IMG/VR virus record: IMGVR_UViG_3300037191_001144
Span: 1 to 57,863 of that record
Strand: one strand, 5' to 3'
Length of the DNA: 57,863 nucleotides
From: a virus
Lineage: Duplodnaviria > Caudoviricetes
This document shows positions 45,601-52,626 of the stretch, piece by piece (within the stretch, counting starts at the first letter, position 1; each line of letters begins with the position of its first letter). A program made the translations under genes and the position numbers. Under the pieces are notes generated by a model. That model made no database searches. It saw only the letters and a program-made list of their open reading frames with translations, and was not told the origin of the DNA.

Positions 45601-47798
45601 TCTGCCTCCTGTAAGGCTCTCTTACCCTGAAGGGAGGTCAATTCCCCTGATACTATCTTCTGCTTTATGCTCTCTATGTATGCCTCTTTCAAAGGCCCCT
45701 CCTGCATGACCGCCTCGAAGGCCGCGAAGGTCTCGTCAGATATCTCTGTTAAGTTGTTCCCCACAACCCCAGATACTACAGCTCCAGGCGTACCCATAGC
45801 AAAACCTCCTATAGCCTCTGCCGCACCCGCCTCTAGTACCTGAATGAAGGCGTCCCCTAAGGTCTCAGGGGTCTGGAATAGGTCCTGATCCTTCATCGTA
45901 TTGTAGATCTTCTTCATAGTTATGTCACTCACCTCCTGTAGGGCTCCTGTCTCAGCCTCCGCCAAACCAGAAGACGCCATCTTTAATAGGAACCTCGAGC
46001 CTCCTCGCTCTACCTCGTGCTCTACAAACTCAGCAAAGGTTCTTGTAGTAGAGGATACCCCAAACTTTTTTAACATACTAAGGGTCATCCCTGACATTGC
46101 TGATGTTCCTCCGATAGCTTTTGTTAGACCCACCTTCTCTAGTATACCAGCAACAATACCTATAGGTGCTGCGATAGCTAGCTTCTCAAACTCACTGACA
46201 CCCTCAAAGAGGGGGTTGTTCTCCGTCTCTGCGCTTACCATGTCTACACCCTGTAATATAAGGCCAGGGATCCCTGTAACCATAGCAGGGATAGAAGAGG
46301 CTACTCCGTACAACGCGCTCTGCACAAACCCTGCTGAGTCCGTATACTCTTTCGAGGTGCCTGATCCCATACCCTGGGCCACAGCAGTTCCCCGCTCACG
46401 TATTAATCTTTGTGTACCTTTACGGTCCTGCGACATAAAACCGCTAGCCGCCTGAGAAAACTCATTAACTTCTCCCCCTCCTCTATCTAGTCCCTTAGCG
46501 TGTTTAGCCCACTTATCTCCTACTGTTGTTGACCCTAATTTTGAGCTCATAATACCCGCCACTACGTCTACTGATGCGCCATATACACCAGAAAATAAAG
46601 ACCCAAAACCCTCCTGAACACTATTCACGACGCCTCCCATAAAGCTCCCCTCCTCTGACCTCATCGATACGTACTCTCCTACCATGCGGTCTAGTTTCTT
46701 TCCTTGAAACTTCATGTCTTCTATCGCCCCCTCAAGCTCCCCGCCTTCTGCTTTTATGTTTGCTGATTCAACTAACCACTGGTCGTATGCTACCTGGTTC
46801 CTTGCTAGCTCTGCCTGTCCCATCCTAGAAAACTCCTTACCCAGTCTATCCGAAGCTACTTTCCTCTCAGTAAAGTCTTTTATATTTTTCTTTAGGTCTC
46901 TCGTTCCTGTCTGCATGGAGAGCATTCTCTCCTCATAGTCTTTCTTCCCAAGGATCTTTTTCTCATTACCTAAAGCCTCTGACTCTATTCTATCTAGTCC
47001 TGTCTTCTCAATAGGCTTGTTCTGCTGCATAAACTTCTTTAACTTCTTAGACTCTGACGCGTCTTTAGCGTCCGTCCAGTTATCTAAAGAAATCTCTATA
47101 GTGTCTACCCCATTTGGAGATGTTACTTTCATAAAGTCTCCTGTTCCTCCCGTCTCCTCAAACTTAAAACCATACTCCTTAAAGTGGTAATTCATTTCCC
47201 CTACTACCTCCTCCTCCTCTAGGTCAGCGATGCTTCCCCCTACTACATAGTCTCTATCTCTAAAGTTTAGTCCTAGCTTACTCTCTTGCTCGTGCGCTCT
47301 ATTATCTATTATATCTAAGGACCTATCGAACTCGCTTCTCTGATCTTTAGCATCGTCCTCTGCGGCTAGCGCTACAGCTACTCTTTCGTCTGCGTCAAAC
47401 TGTGTCTCGCCCTCCTGAAGGGCAACAAGGTTAGGGTCCGCTACTGCGACCCCCTCCTGTGGCGCCGTTACAGGCGTGTTCTGGTATGCATCTAACTCAG
47501 CCTCAGCTTCTTGCGGAGCGGAAGCATCCGATGAGCCAGACTCTGGCTGAGGTTGCGATACTGATTCCGTACCTTCCTCCACCACAGTGGACTCGGAAGT
47601 TCCATCTTTTTTTTTTACTCCCATTAACTCTTCATACTCCTCAATACTCTTGGCGTACCCTCCCGTTTTAAATATAGTATATGAGTCCTCAAGGGCTTGA
47701 GGGTTAGAGTTGATAAGCTCTACAAACTCCTCATAAGACCTAGAGTACCCCCCCGTCTTAAACAGTTCATACGAATCTTTAATTGCTTGCTCGTTCAT
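36675..47798 (-). CDS. Giant 3707-aa polyvalent virion/ejection protein with ADP-ribosyltransferase-like and zincin-like domains
   Basis: Last gene of the ejection-protein block; ART-like LFTGS...GIFFS...A..Y...GFDAVV; HEIFH at 44262-44276. Confidence 0.75.
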   Translation of the reverse strand: MNEQAIKDSYELFKTGGYSRSYEEFVELINSNPQALEDSYTIFKTGGYAKSIEEYEELMGVKKKDGTSESTVVEEGTESVSQPQPESGSSDASAPQEAEAELDAYQNTPVTAPQEGVAVADPNLVALQEGETQFDADERVAVALAAEDDAKDQRSEFDRSLDIIDNRAHEQESKLGLNFRDRDYVVGGSIADLEEEEVVGEMNYHFKEYGFKFEETGGTGDFMKVTSPNGVDTIEISLDNWTDAKDASESKKLKKFMQQNKPIEKTGLDRIESEALGNEKKILGKKDYEERMLSMQTGTRDLKKNIKDFTERKVASDRLGKEFSRMGQAELARNQVAYDQWLVESANIKAEGGELEGAIEDMKFQGKKLDRMVGEYVSMRSEEGSFMGGVVNSVQEGFGSLFSGVYGASVDVVAGIMSSKLGSTTVGDKWAKHAKGLDRGGGEVNEFSQAASGFMSQDRKGTQRLIRERGTAVAQGMGSGTSKEYTDSAGFVQSALYGVASSIPAMVTGIPGLILQGVDMVSAETENNPLFEGVSEFEKLAIAAPIGIVAGILEKVGLTKAIGGTSAMSGMTLSMLKKFGVSSTTRTFAEFVEHEVERGGSRFLLKMASSGLAEAETGALQEVSDITMKKIYNTMKDQDLFQTPETLGDAFIQVLEAGAAEAIGGFAMGTPGAVVSGVVGNNLTEISDETFAAFEAVMQEGPLKEAYIESIKQKIVSGELTSLQGKRALQEAESIAGMTSQIPSDYTGDQKKKALGLLLRRAKLQKQVDASDKQLVTKQQTEIDAINESLKEVGEEVGVEADVEADVEADADVITVEAEASPRKDKAPVYKKGGKKLLFTGSPRKFNTFDMSKVGSNADGGSPKGIFFSNDPGVAGFYANEVNGDGMGQLLNMLGLGKLKGIEPTIYSAVLNTENIKEVEFNGESSSSAMDKNAIIQEAFAEGFDAVVLKNIKDGPSVPQDVTVVKDIKFIDQFEDTQDGKGKKLSKKLLKQKQDAVQESSTEKVDAPEQTRDGEAVGGGDTDGDATQDGTEQTTDVTGEDTSEQEEVAILESLFGGDTGKRKAEGETDETIEVGEKTKIETPDGTELEVEKLEANVGIVSDPTVKKKRSLLERAVVKIANTSAKALAKILPDTKIVLHSSPESYKKLGGRGKGMYKGNTIHINLSTATLGTISHEIFHAVLSEKLGTDSRIQLATKDMLETVMNSITDKDILKRLEKFRLLYETASQQAGERSASLQSEYNQLAEAQEVNSTPEGQAKLDSLLEQIEEANNESEGFIEVLNEEQLAEVTAILAEHYSEANSETKSAIVTWLKKISKTLGLSPTVLDRVFSNKGDAASKNQAVIDLLNTIARKTISGEEITDSDLETLEQYAKPVDKKVAPKARAKEAAPKKKVAPKPKETSAKEEFDINDTTKRQELKEDGTKKTKEAAPAAPKSKVIGSTNLGDGYKYQGDKPAGKSLYRSGLENRHDKGGEYSPGKSLVVTETKGKEAVTKKSGLLGRKTTEVSPAVEGETIVQARATTDSAGNVLPGSRGTSSIYSTVVVDQSAMDGMSEEQRDAYLVEVQQEVKADLKAKIDALGDTSGMKEVDVTNKLNALEKGRTKNQLGGGEVVPGEAVEDAEGPIPTNIPDSDGPSIDLKTKTKFNLDRGGIDMSSIKRGSVNKLEGINAFVFAADQATYGMSQSPSGLKYMFNGGFLYPYGAQSQGSNAAWVFSTEDSANKIINKANNSDGVGLVMSQAPDGITGNMQFYDYLNAEVAYAIENGASPKEMINYINRKLKLTTVAKGLKKKGLPSQISSIEELQTLLSPLNFEQRGSFAKTFLSKESYEKFNISPFTPLKSVPTNISEVVNDPSLKGVGYGDVVSAIEFEKGAKPFKLKEGDPGYHPAYPWAIPGKPLMVFDKAVDVRKIYPNAKPASLEANQTPLGERTKPLAARSAMGGQYVAKVPKDIQVKGAKVKFQLDDQGNDLSKLEEDTKYKKGDILPDAYISNNNITDPLNPAKLPKKEFTVTWEEESTWGDRVTRERKFNNGQHFVNFWRKATNDGEWDYLSNFTAHTDSETITRKTQRQDDSWKKIDEIRSTTQPIDIEKLKGWNFKSKVSNPQRLKQSRSHSAYGGAYKTPRVGPSGRAKYQLAWKETPEMNMKESKIAKRTSKVEEAVSRLLRGEITNADYRKIVAKNSPIGPIEEFFAPVSRERMDKALTRNQSEKILAPLVDPDTGKKLKRVGARLDIPAYLRSNAWIVTVHEPSSKGKPISYGPAVRLKNVTFETDARIAANIASGAQGKTTFAKMFGEPVAIEGNTVEEVGTNAQSMIEEVANNSDWVQVGMNPFRHSSFWDRSTGQPLGSAEEIIQIGGLVYAKNPEYLSMDDSSFTVKGKVVTDKKGKAKVVAADRSTGETFTDPVLDKEGSPVKFQLDVDGADASIQEVITEGRGAGLKDSAIGSYLNRIKKIPKNVVKKLLEFDVDLFSKLPKSFAEVEGGLLEGLRLFKNIQDFIAKETKANVKRTKETAAQLKTKVREKRKELTKAKVKTGDEMREIKRKIRERVEKTNKMRVNPRSKSEVDAKVKELYEIKRLENISAKVEVDKAVGAFETKLEKSNATKKAKLSDQEIMDLAIERLMEHPAYKKLADTRKVKGKDVAMKDAATLQAEMVNELQKTLGVRPTKNMRQALTKLRQMVRFRNQGARQLQEAKRELLRFMRQTLPKTVYSKQEALSLARRIAQATSKDMNGLMHEVIQLSTKKNVGILSRAISKILKPYESKQSGRLKGTSIDNTTRRVVKNLISNIKFAKTVLAKEVNDRNVQLLEEFNELANKMETTPEERQQMEGLIAAINLNNAMLMEDNDPNKAIALDRAYAAIKGLVDGGRSNLKETLAKEKAEFDESYKEIHKDITGEDLPLYEEDVLDDDGKVIHEKGDINFDAVDLKVLAKKNRARAKETQNRLVRVLRSFTDMVKNYFFKQQDLGGMINKISKLPGEIFGGITDQQVVDRIDEGTRVEKANNLMMKRSVEGKMKELWGKLWKFKVGALANVNKTGIYIDQAAVDKAQKTYDDNPTSENKVDLREAKRNQEISMSQGEAYYLYNQFKDPSNHPSFESRFGKDYERIMGELTSTLDPETKAFADWQVDEFFPMVYPIFNEAYLKVYKTDMPWNEFYAGPLMHDGQVIQDLDLLANKGSNTVVTAGSSKYRVQTKDPIKEGVDGTANLMFYIEEMNHLAGMAEPINYINKLLLNPKMAATIKAIYGSDVLEGVRLSIERVANKGKVNKGARFVNFMNSAFITSRLGLNPVVMIKQLTSFFTYASDIGYANWVKYAAVNIVQMRQIFKEIKANSVYMDDRNYQSIMKAIETYAPERVQKFMPQPIQNALINMAMWTTKFGDKAAIYIGGMPNYSYHKAQFKKNNPGATEQQAIDYAIRRFEKDTKNTQQSSDIQNKDLYQTGDGYMRVLNMFMTTPKQYNRKVFRSLRNLSRIIRSGGKEGKGTLISNARTILTYHFVMPMFFQWVSLGFPLGSDWDEEDEEDMMRAAIIGNFNSLFIAGDVIGMVADAIQGKPWAFNMPAIPALDMPKNVALYMNNAAKAKTPETKEKWTRKAINEGLAMFGIPASNIEKIFNNFTKLTEGGMEPKEAMLRVLQYSDYVIDGPEEKKKKKKKKKTTKKEMKEYFPEQYKEEQELEAYLEELYYDPEQEEYEAEEKAYQDEQREEYLESIRE

Positions 47799-47803
47799 TT
47801 ACT

Positions 47804-49687
47804 TTAGTATTGCGAAGTATCTGTTCCTGAAGTATCACCTGTCCCTGGGGACCCTCCCGATCTTTTTTTATCCTGAGCCTTCCTGGCTTTTGCCTCAATG
47901 TTTTTTAACTTAGACCATATCTCTCCTGGGGTGTCTGTCCCTACTATCGTTATAGGGTCTTGAGCCTCTCCGTCAATCGTGACCGTCATGACTCGGTCAT
48001 TAACCTCTAGATCTACACCTCCCAACTCTCCTGCGTCCCAGTACGAGTCTATAAGTTGTTGATAGGCGTCTGTTATCTCTCCGTCTGTCTTCTTCGCCCC
48101 CCAAAATCCTCCATCAATAGTAGCAGTCAACTTGTCTTTAAGGAAGGTTGCAGCGTCTGGACTCTCGTCGTCACCACGGACCATCCCACGGTTGTACCTT
48201 GGTGCTCGCAATGTTCCCTCACTCTTTTGTACTGCAAAGGCTTCTGTGTTAAACGTTCCAAGCTTTACACCTTGATCTTTAAACCTCTGACGTATGTCTT
48301 TTTCGGATAGTCCCAAGGCGGTTGCAAACTTCTGCGCGATAATATCATCAGCAAGCTGAACCTTCTCTCCGTCAATCGTTTCAAATACATTAACGTCTGC
48401 TGTTGTACCATCCTCAAGGGTGAATATAAATCCATCCTCCGTTCTCTGCATGCCTCCTGGAGCAATCTTCGACTTATCCTCGGACATAGTGTCGTTGAAC
48501 ATGCTAACTAAGGCTCCACCAACAGACTCCCCTACTTTTACTGTTCCGCTAAACGCATCTCTAAGATTGTTTGCGTCAAACATTTTAGGAGCATCGTCTT
48601 GTATATCCTTTTTAGCCCTCGCTAATTCTATCTGTTCATCTTTGTTCAAAGCTTTGCTAGCCTCCGATCGGCTACCTGTCTTTGTTTCTTTAGCGTCTAC
48701 CTGTCCCTCTATAGTGGTTCTGATATACTCTTTCGCTATGTTTTCTTGCTCCTCCGTAAGGACGGGCTGCATAAGTCCACGCTTATCTGGCTCCATTAAG
48801 ATCATATTCCCCCCCTGCTCATCAGGGTTTCGAGTATAGTCATACCCCCCTACGTTATCCGCTAGGATACTTAGTGTCTGGCGGGGGTTGGCTGTGTACT
48901 TATCTACAATACCTGTGAGATATTTCTGATATCCAGGAGCGTTCCTTGCGTCCTCGATCTGCTCTACTCTGCTACCATACGCTCCAGGAGCCCACTTAGA
49001 GTCTATAAACCCTGCCATAAGATCCACGTCAGGCGCGATATCTAGGTTCAAATCAATCTTATTTATCTGGTCGTTTATACGAACGTTCATAGAGTTGACG
49101 TTTACATACTTAGATCTATCAGGCTCTCCGTTAGGGAGCAAAGGGATCTGGCCGTTTTCATCTAGCTCTATAACGCTCATGTCCCCTGTCTGTGGGTCTA
49201 TAAAAGTAGATACATTTTCTAGGTTTCCAAAGGCCTCGTTCTGTTCGTTTATCCACCACTCCGCAGCGCTGGAGTCCCCAGCCTCTAGTCTCTCTCTCGC
49301 CTTAAGGTCCGCCGCGTTCCAGTTCTTTACTGCTCCACTAAAATTAGACCACTGATCCTTTTGGTTCTGTAGCCCTACCATATAGTCTGTTGGATTAATT
49401 TCTCCAGATTTTAACAGGTCGTTCTGCATCATAAGGTATGACGCACTTTGGTCAGACCCCCTTAGAGCCAACTCCCCGAGCTGTTGGTTATCTACGGGGT
49501 CAAGAGTCCTTAGTTCTTTAAGAGTCTTCTGAGTATCTGTCTCTATTTGTGACCTTGTGTTTGCCCGATCCTCACGGATTTCCTTTAGGTCAGTCGTTAT
49601 AGTTTTTGCCGCATCCGCCCAGTTTACCTGTGACTTATCGACGTCCCTCTCCGCGTATACTTTATATTTATTTGGATCTACAGCCAT
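47804..49687 (-). CDS. Internal virion (ejection) protein
   Basis: 627 aa, helical N-terminal part, podovirus core-protein position. Confidence 0.55.
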   Translation of the reverse strand: MAVDPNKYKVYAERDVDKSQVNWADAAKTITTDLKEIREDRANTRSQIETDTQKTLKELRTLDPVDNQQLGELALRGSDQSASYLMMQNDLLKSGEINPTDYMVGLQNQKDQWSNFSGAVKNWNAADLKARERLEAGDSSAAEWWINEQNEAFGNLENVSTFIDPQTGDMSVIELDENGQIPLLPNGEPDRSKYVNVNSMNVRINDQINKIDLNLDIAPDVDLMAGFIDSKWAPGAYGSRVEQIEDARNAPGYQKYLTGIVDKYTANPRQTLSILADNVGGYDYTRNPDEQGGNMILMEPDKRGLMQPVLTEEQENIAKEYIRTTIEGQVDAKETKTGSRSEASKALNKDEQIELARAKKDIQDDAPKMFDANNLRDAFSGTVKVGESVGGALVSMFNDTMSEDKSKIAPGGMQRTEDGFIFTLEDGTTADVNVFETIDGEKVQLADDIIAQKFATALGLSEKDIRQRFKDQGVKLGTFNTEAFAVQKSEGTLRAPRYNRGMVRGDDESPDAATFLKDKLTATIDGGFWGAKKTDGEITDAYQQLIDSYWDAGELGGVDLEVNDRVMTVTIDGEAQDPITIVGTDTPGEIWSKLKNIEAKARKAQDKKRSGGSPGTGDTSGTDTSQY

Positions 49688-49696
49688 GATGCTTTT

Positions 49697-50428
49697 TTAG
49701 TTACGACGGTGTAAGCCTCTGTTTTCTAAGCTTAACGCCCCCACTCCGTAATATGGGTTTTCAATATTGGTATGTAATCCCCTGTTTTGAAGATCTCCAT
49801 ACCCTCGGTTTTCAATTGTAGCTGGAGGCTGTACCCCCTGAAGAGGGTCCACAACCCCCCCATACGGGTTTTCTACCGTAGTCTTCTTATAAAGATCCTG
49901 ACCCTCCGCGTATGCGTTAGCGCCCTGACCCAAAGCACTCACCGCGTTAGTCATAGCTGCCGTTCTAGCCTCTTGAGCGTCACGGGCTCTAAGGTTGGCG
50001 TCTGCTGCCCCAGCCACATCCATTGAGACTATCTCGTCCCGTATATTTTCCTTCGACTGTATCTTTAGTTTCTGTAAGTCACTAAGCTCCTGACCCATAG
50101 CGATACGTCTCTGCTCTGCGGCGTCCTGACCCACCTGAGTTACTGCCCCAGACTGGAGGCCTCTCTGGTCCCCCTCTCTTATAGCCTGTATAGACTGGTT
50201 CTGTAGAGCGACATTCTCTTTAGAGGCTGCCTCGAAAGCGTCAAGAGGAACGGTGAGCTCCTCCATATAGTCTTTTTCAATGTTCTTCTTTGCCTCGTCC
50301 ATAAGGTTCTTCGCGTCTGTTTCTGCGGTCTGTGCAGCTGTCTTCGCCTCTGCCGCCTGTTTGAAAGACATGCCCGCCCCTATTGCGGATGTAGTAAGGC
50401 CTATTATTGTTGCTGTTGCTAATGCCAT
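49697..50428 (-). CDS. Internal virion/pilot protein
   Basis: Hydrophobic G/A-rich N-terminus, A/Q-rich coiled coil. Confidence 0.55.
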   Translation of the reverse strand: MALATATIIGLTTSAIGAGMSFKQAAEAKTAAQTAETDAKNLMDEAKKNIEKDYMEELTVPLDAFEAASKENVALQNQSIQAIREGDQRGLQSGAVTQVGQDAAEQRRIAMGQELSDLQKLKIQSKENIRDEIVSMDVAGAADANLRARDAQEARTAAMTNAVSALGQGANAYAEGQDLYKKTTVENPYGGVVDPLQGVQPPATIENRGYGDLQNRGLHTNIENPYYGVGALSLENRGLHRRN

Positions 50429-50430
50429 TA

Positions 50431-50841
50431 TTAAAATACTTTTATCATTTCAGATGAGTATGTTGCGCCCTCCTGGAACCCTATATTTTTATATATATTT
50501 ATCAAAGGTTTATTTTTTATAAGAGCGTACACATATTTTTTACCTAAAGACTGAGCCTCATCAGTGATCGTCTTAACTAATAGGTTAAGTGCGTTACGTC
50601 TATTCTCTCTATCCTTATACTTTAAATCAGAAATAATCCAGTCACACCAAACAGCTTTAGAGTTGGTAAGATACATAAAACCAGCACATATAGGGGTGTC
50701 CCCATCATATACCATATACCCTCCCGTCCCGTCCTCAGGTAAAAAGTCTTTAGACGGGGGCTCCCATCTCCAGTCTCTCCACCACTGACACAGAATTTCT
50801 TCGTAGTCAGAGGGCTTAAGTGGAACTATAATTAATTTCAT
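50431..50841 (-). CDS. GNAT-fold protein in tail/ejection module
   Basis: PICAGF...WIISD...LINIYKNIGF; -7 box TATCTTTG at 50847-50854. Confidence 0.6.
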   Translation of the reverse strand: MKLIIVPLKPSDYEEILCQWWRDWRWEPPSKDFLPEDGTGGYMVYDGDTPICAGFMYLTNSKAVWCDWIISDLKYKDRENRRNALNLLVKTITDEAQSLGKKYVYALIKNKPLINIYKNIGFQEGATYSSEMIKVF

Positions 50842-50862
50842 TCCCCCAAAGATACAAAAGTT

Positions 50863-51666
50863 TTACGGATAACTTTGCATAACATCTGCCCCAACAGCAA
50901 ATAATTCCATAGGGATGGTGTCGTCGTTTTTCAAAGTGAAGGATAAATAGAATCCTCTTGCTCCGTGAGACTCTGAGACAGCGTTCTTATAGAAGAATAT
51001 AAAGTCTGTTACACTAGGGAGCGTCCCCACAGGGCCTGGAGGATTATCCGAGGGTTCGGTTACGGTCATATCTACTTGAATAAACCCACTTACTTTGTCT
51101 ACAGCAACCACCTGACCCACATACAAAGAAGTTCCAGTAGCTACACCAGAGCCATCGATCGCCGTAGAGTACGCGTAGTCCCCTACGCTTAGTATATCAC
51201 CCAAAGGGACAGTAAAGAATAACTGCAAAGAAGTGCCAGAGCCAATTACTTGAGTACACTGCCCTATACCGTTTGTCGATCGAAGCTTAAAGTCTTTGGT
51301 CCCGATGTTAGAGCGGATAAAAGTAAACCACTCGCCCTCCTTCTCCTCAAAGTAAGTGTCAAGCATAGAGCCTACACTTAAATTAGTGGAGAGAGCCGTG
51401 CACTCCCAGGACCGATCCCCCTCTAAAGACATAGTCTTGAATAGTTTAATATTCTGGGGAGTGTCGTTTATTACGCTCTGCATAGTAGAAGAGTACTGTA
51501 CGCCGTAGTAGTTATTCCGTATAGCGTTAGTATTATGACGGTACATGTCCCCGTCCTTCCAGGTATAGAAGAAGCTGTTCATGCCCCTCATGTACTCAGG
51601 TTCAAAACTATAGAACGAGGGCCACCCCTGGGCATTATTGCTATATGATAATGTATAATCTGCCAT
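50863..51666 (-). CDS. Tail protein (resembles the C-terminal part of a nozzle/stabilisation protein)
   Basis: TLSYS...GWPSFYSFEPEYM...KLFKTMSLEG...EKEGEWF...GARGFY. Confidence 0.55.
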   Translation of the reverse strand: MADYTLSYSNNAQGWPSFYSFEPEYMRGMNSFFYTWKDGDMYRHNTNAIRNNYYGVQYSSTMQSVINDTPQNIKLFKTMSLEGDRSWECTALSTNLSVGSMLDTYFEEKEGEWFTFIRSNIGTKDFKLRSTNGIGQCTQVIGSGTSLQLFFTVPLGDILSVGDYAYSTAIDGSGVATGTSLYVGQVVAVDKVSGFIQVDMTVTEPSDNPPGPVGTLPSVTDFIFFYKNAVSESHGARGFYLSFTLKNDDTIPMELFAVGADVMQSYP

Positions 51667-51677
51667 TGTTATTTATT

Positions 51678-52616
51678 TTATGGTCCACAAGGGGATGAGA
51701 CAGAAAGAACAACTCCATTGGATACCTCTACTGCCACATGTCCTGTGGCAACTGTTACTCCGTAATACCCGTCGTCTAGCTTAGTGCTTCCCTTATTATC
51801 TGAAAAAACCCAGTCGTCAACACCTATCTCAACCGCTGTACTAACCTGGCCCCTATATATAGTGGTAGTGATTGAAGCGGCACAAGCATTAGGCTCATTC
51901 GCTTGTACTGCCGTTGAGGGGAGAGCAGGAGTTATTAACCTAGGACAGGGGATGTCTACCGTCCACTCAGGAGTGGTTAAACAGTTCTCTATAGTTATAG
52001 TTACTATGGAGTTTGCTACTGTAATAGGTATTGGAAGATAGCACTCTTTCATGTTATTCGTCGAAGGCACAAGCGTACACCCTCCCGCAGGAAAAGGGGG
52101 GATAGTATAAGCCGTGCTCTGCTCCCAAGAGAGAGACGTGCTGTTCCAGTTGTAATCAAACCCAGGGAAATCAACTCCCCCACTGCCCGCTATATTTGTT
52201 ATCCCTCCTGCTTCAGAGCCTACAAACCCTGTAACAAACCCTTCTACTTGAGAAGAGTAAAGGCCTACCGAGTCTGACGCCCCACCCTCGATACTCCATG
52301 TAAGTTTTGTGGGTTTTAAGCCAGGGCTAAACTCAATCATCATAAGGCCGATGGTTGACCCAGAGTCTACTTTTAACTCCATCCTTCCTACGTCACTTCC
52401 TAAGCTAACCACAGCGTTCCCTTGCGGGTTACCGCATGTGATGAAACACCCAGGACATGTGACGGCTGTTAATAATAGCCCGCTAACCTGGCGCCTTACT
52501 ATACCCCCTCCTGAGTAGTACCCGTCAGGAGCAACCACGCTCATTAGAGCGTCTGTATATAAGGTGGTCGCAACAGCGAAATCTAACCCTTCAAAATAGT
52601 ATGTTGTTAAAGGCAT
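51678..52616 (-). CDS. Tail appendage/structural protein
   Basis: Beta-rich, Cys-bounded modules with DGYY motifs. Confidence 0.55.
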   Translation of the reverse strand: MPLTTYYFEGLDFAVATTLYTDALMSVVAPDGYYSGGGIVRRQVSGLLLTAVTCPGCFITCGNPQGNAVVSLGSDVGRMELKVDSGSTIGLMMIEFSPGLKPTKLTWSIEGGASDSVGLYSSQVEGFVTGFVGSEAGGITNIAGSGGVDFPGFDYNWNSTSLSWEQSTAYTIPPFPAGGCTLVPSTNNMKECYLPIPITVANSIVTITIENCLTTPEWTVDIPCPRLITPALPSTAVQANEPNACAASITTTIYRGQVSTAVEIGVDDWVFSDNKGSTKLDDGYYGVTVATGHVAVEVSNGVVLSVSSPCGP

Positions 52617-52626
52617 ATTTTAAATT

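Noticed and set aside
36675-47798. Giant protein as a crAss-like or N4-like virion RNA polymerase
   Set aside because: No convincing catalytic DxDxD in a conserved context; the DTDGD seen lies in a low-complexity acidic linker. Host-type promoters are abundant.
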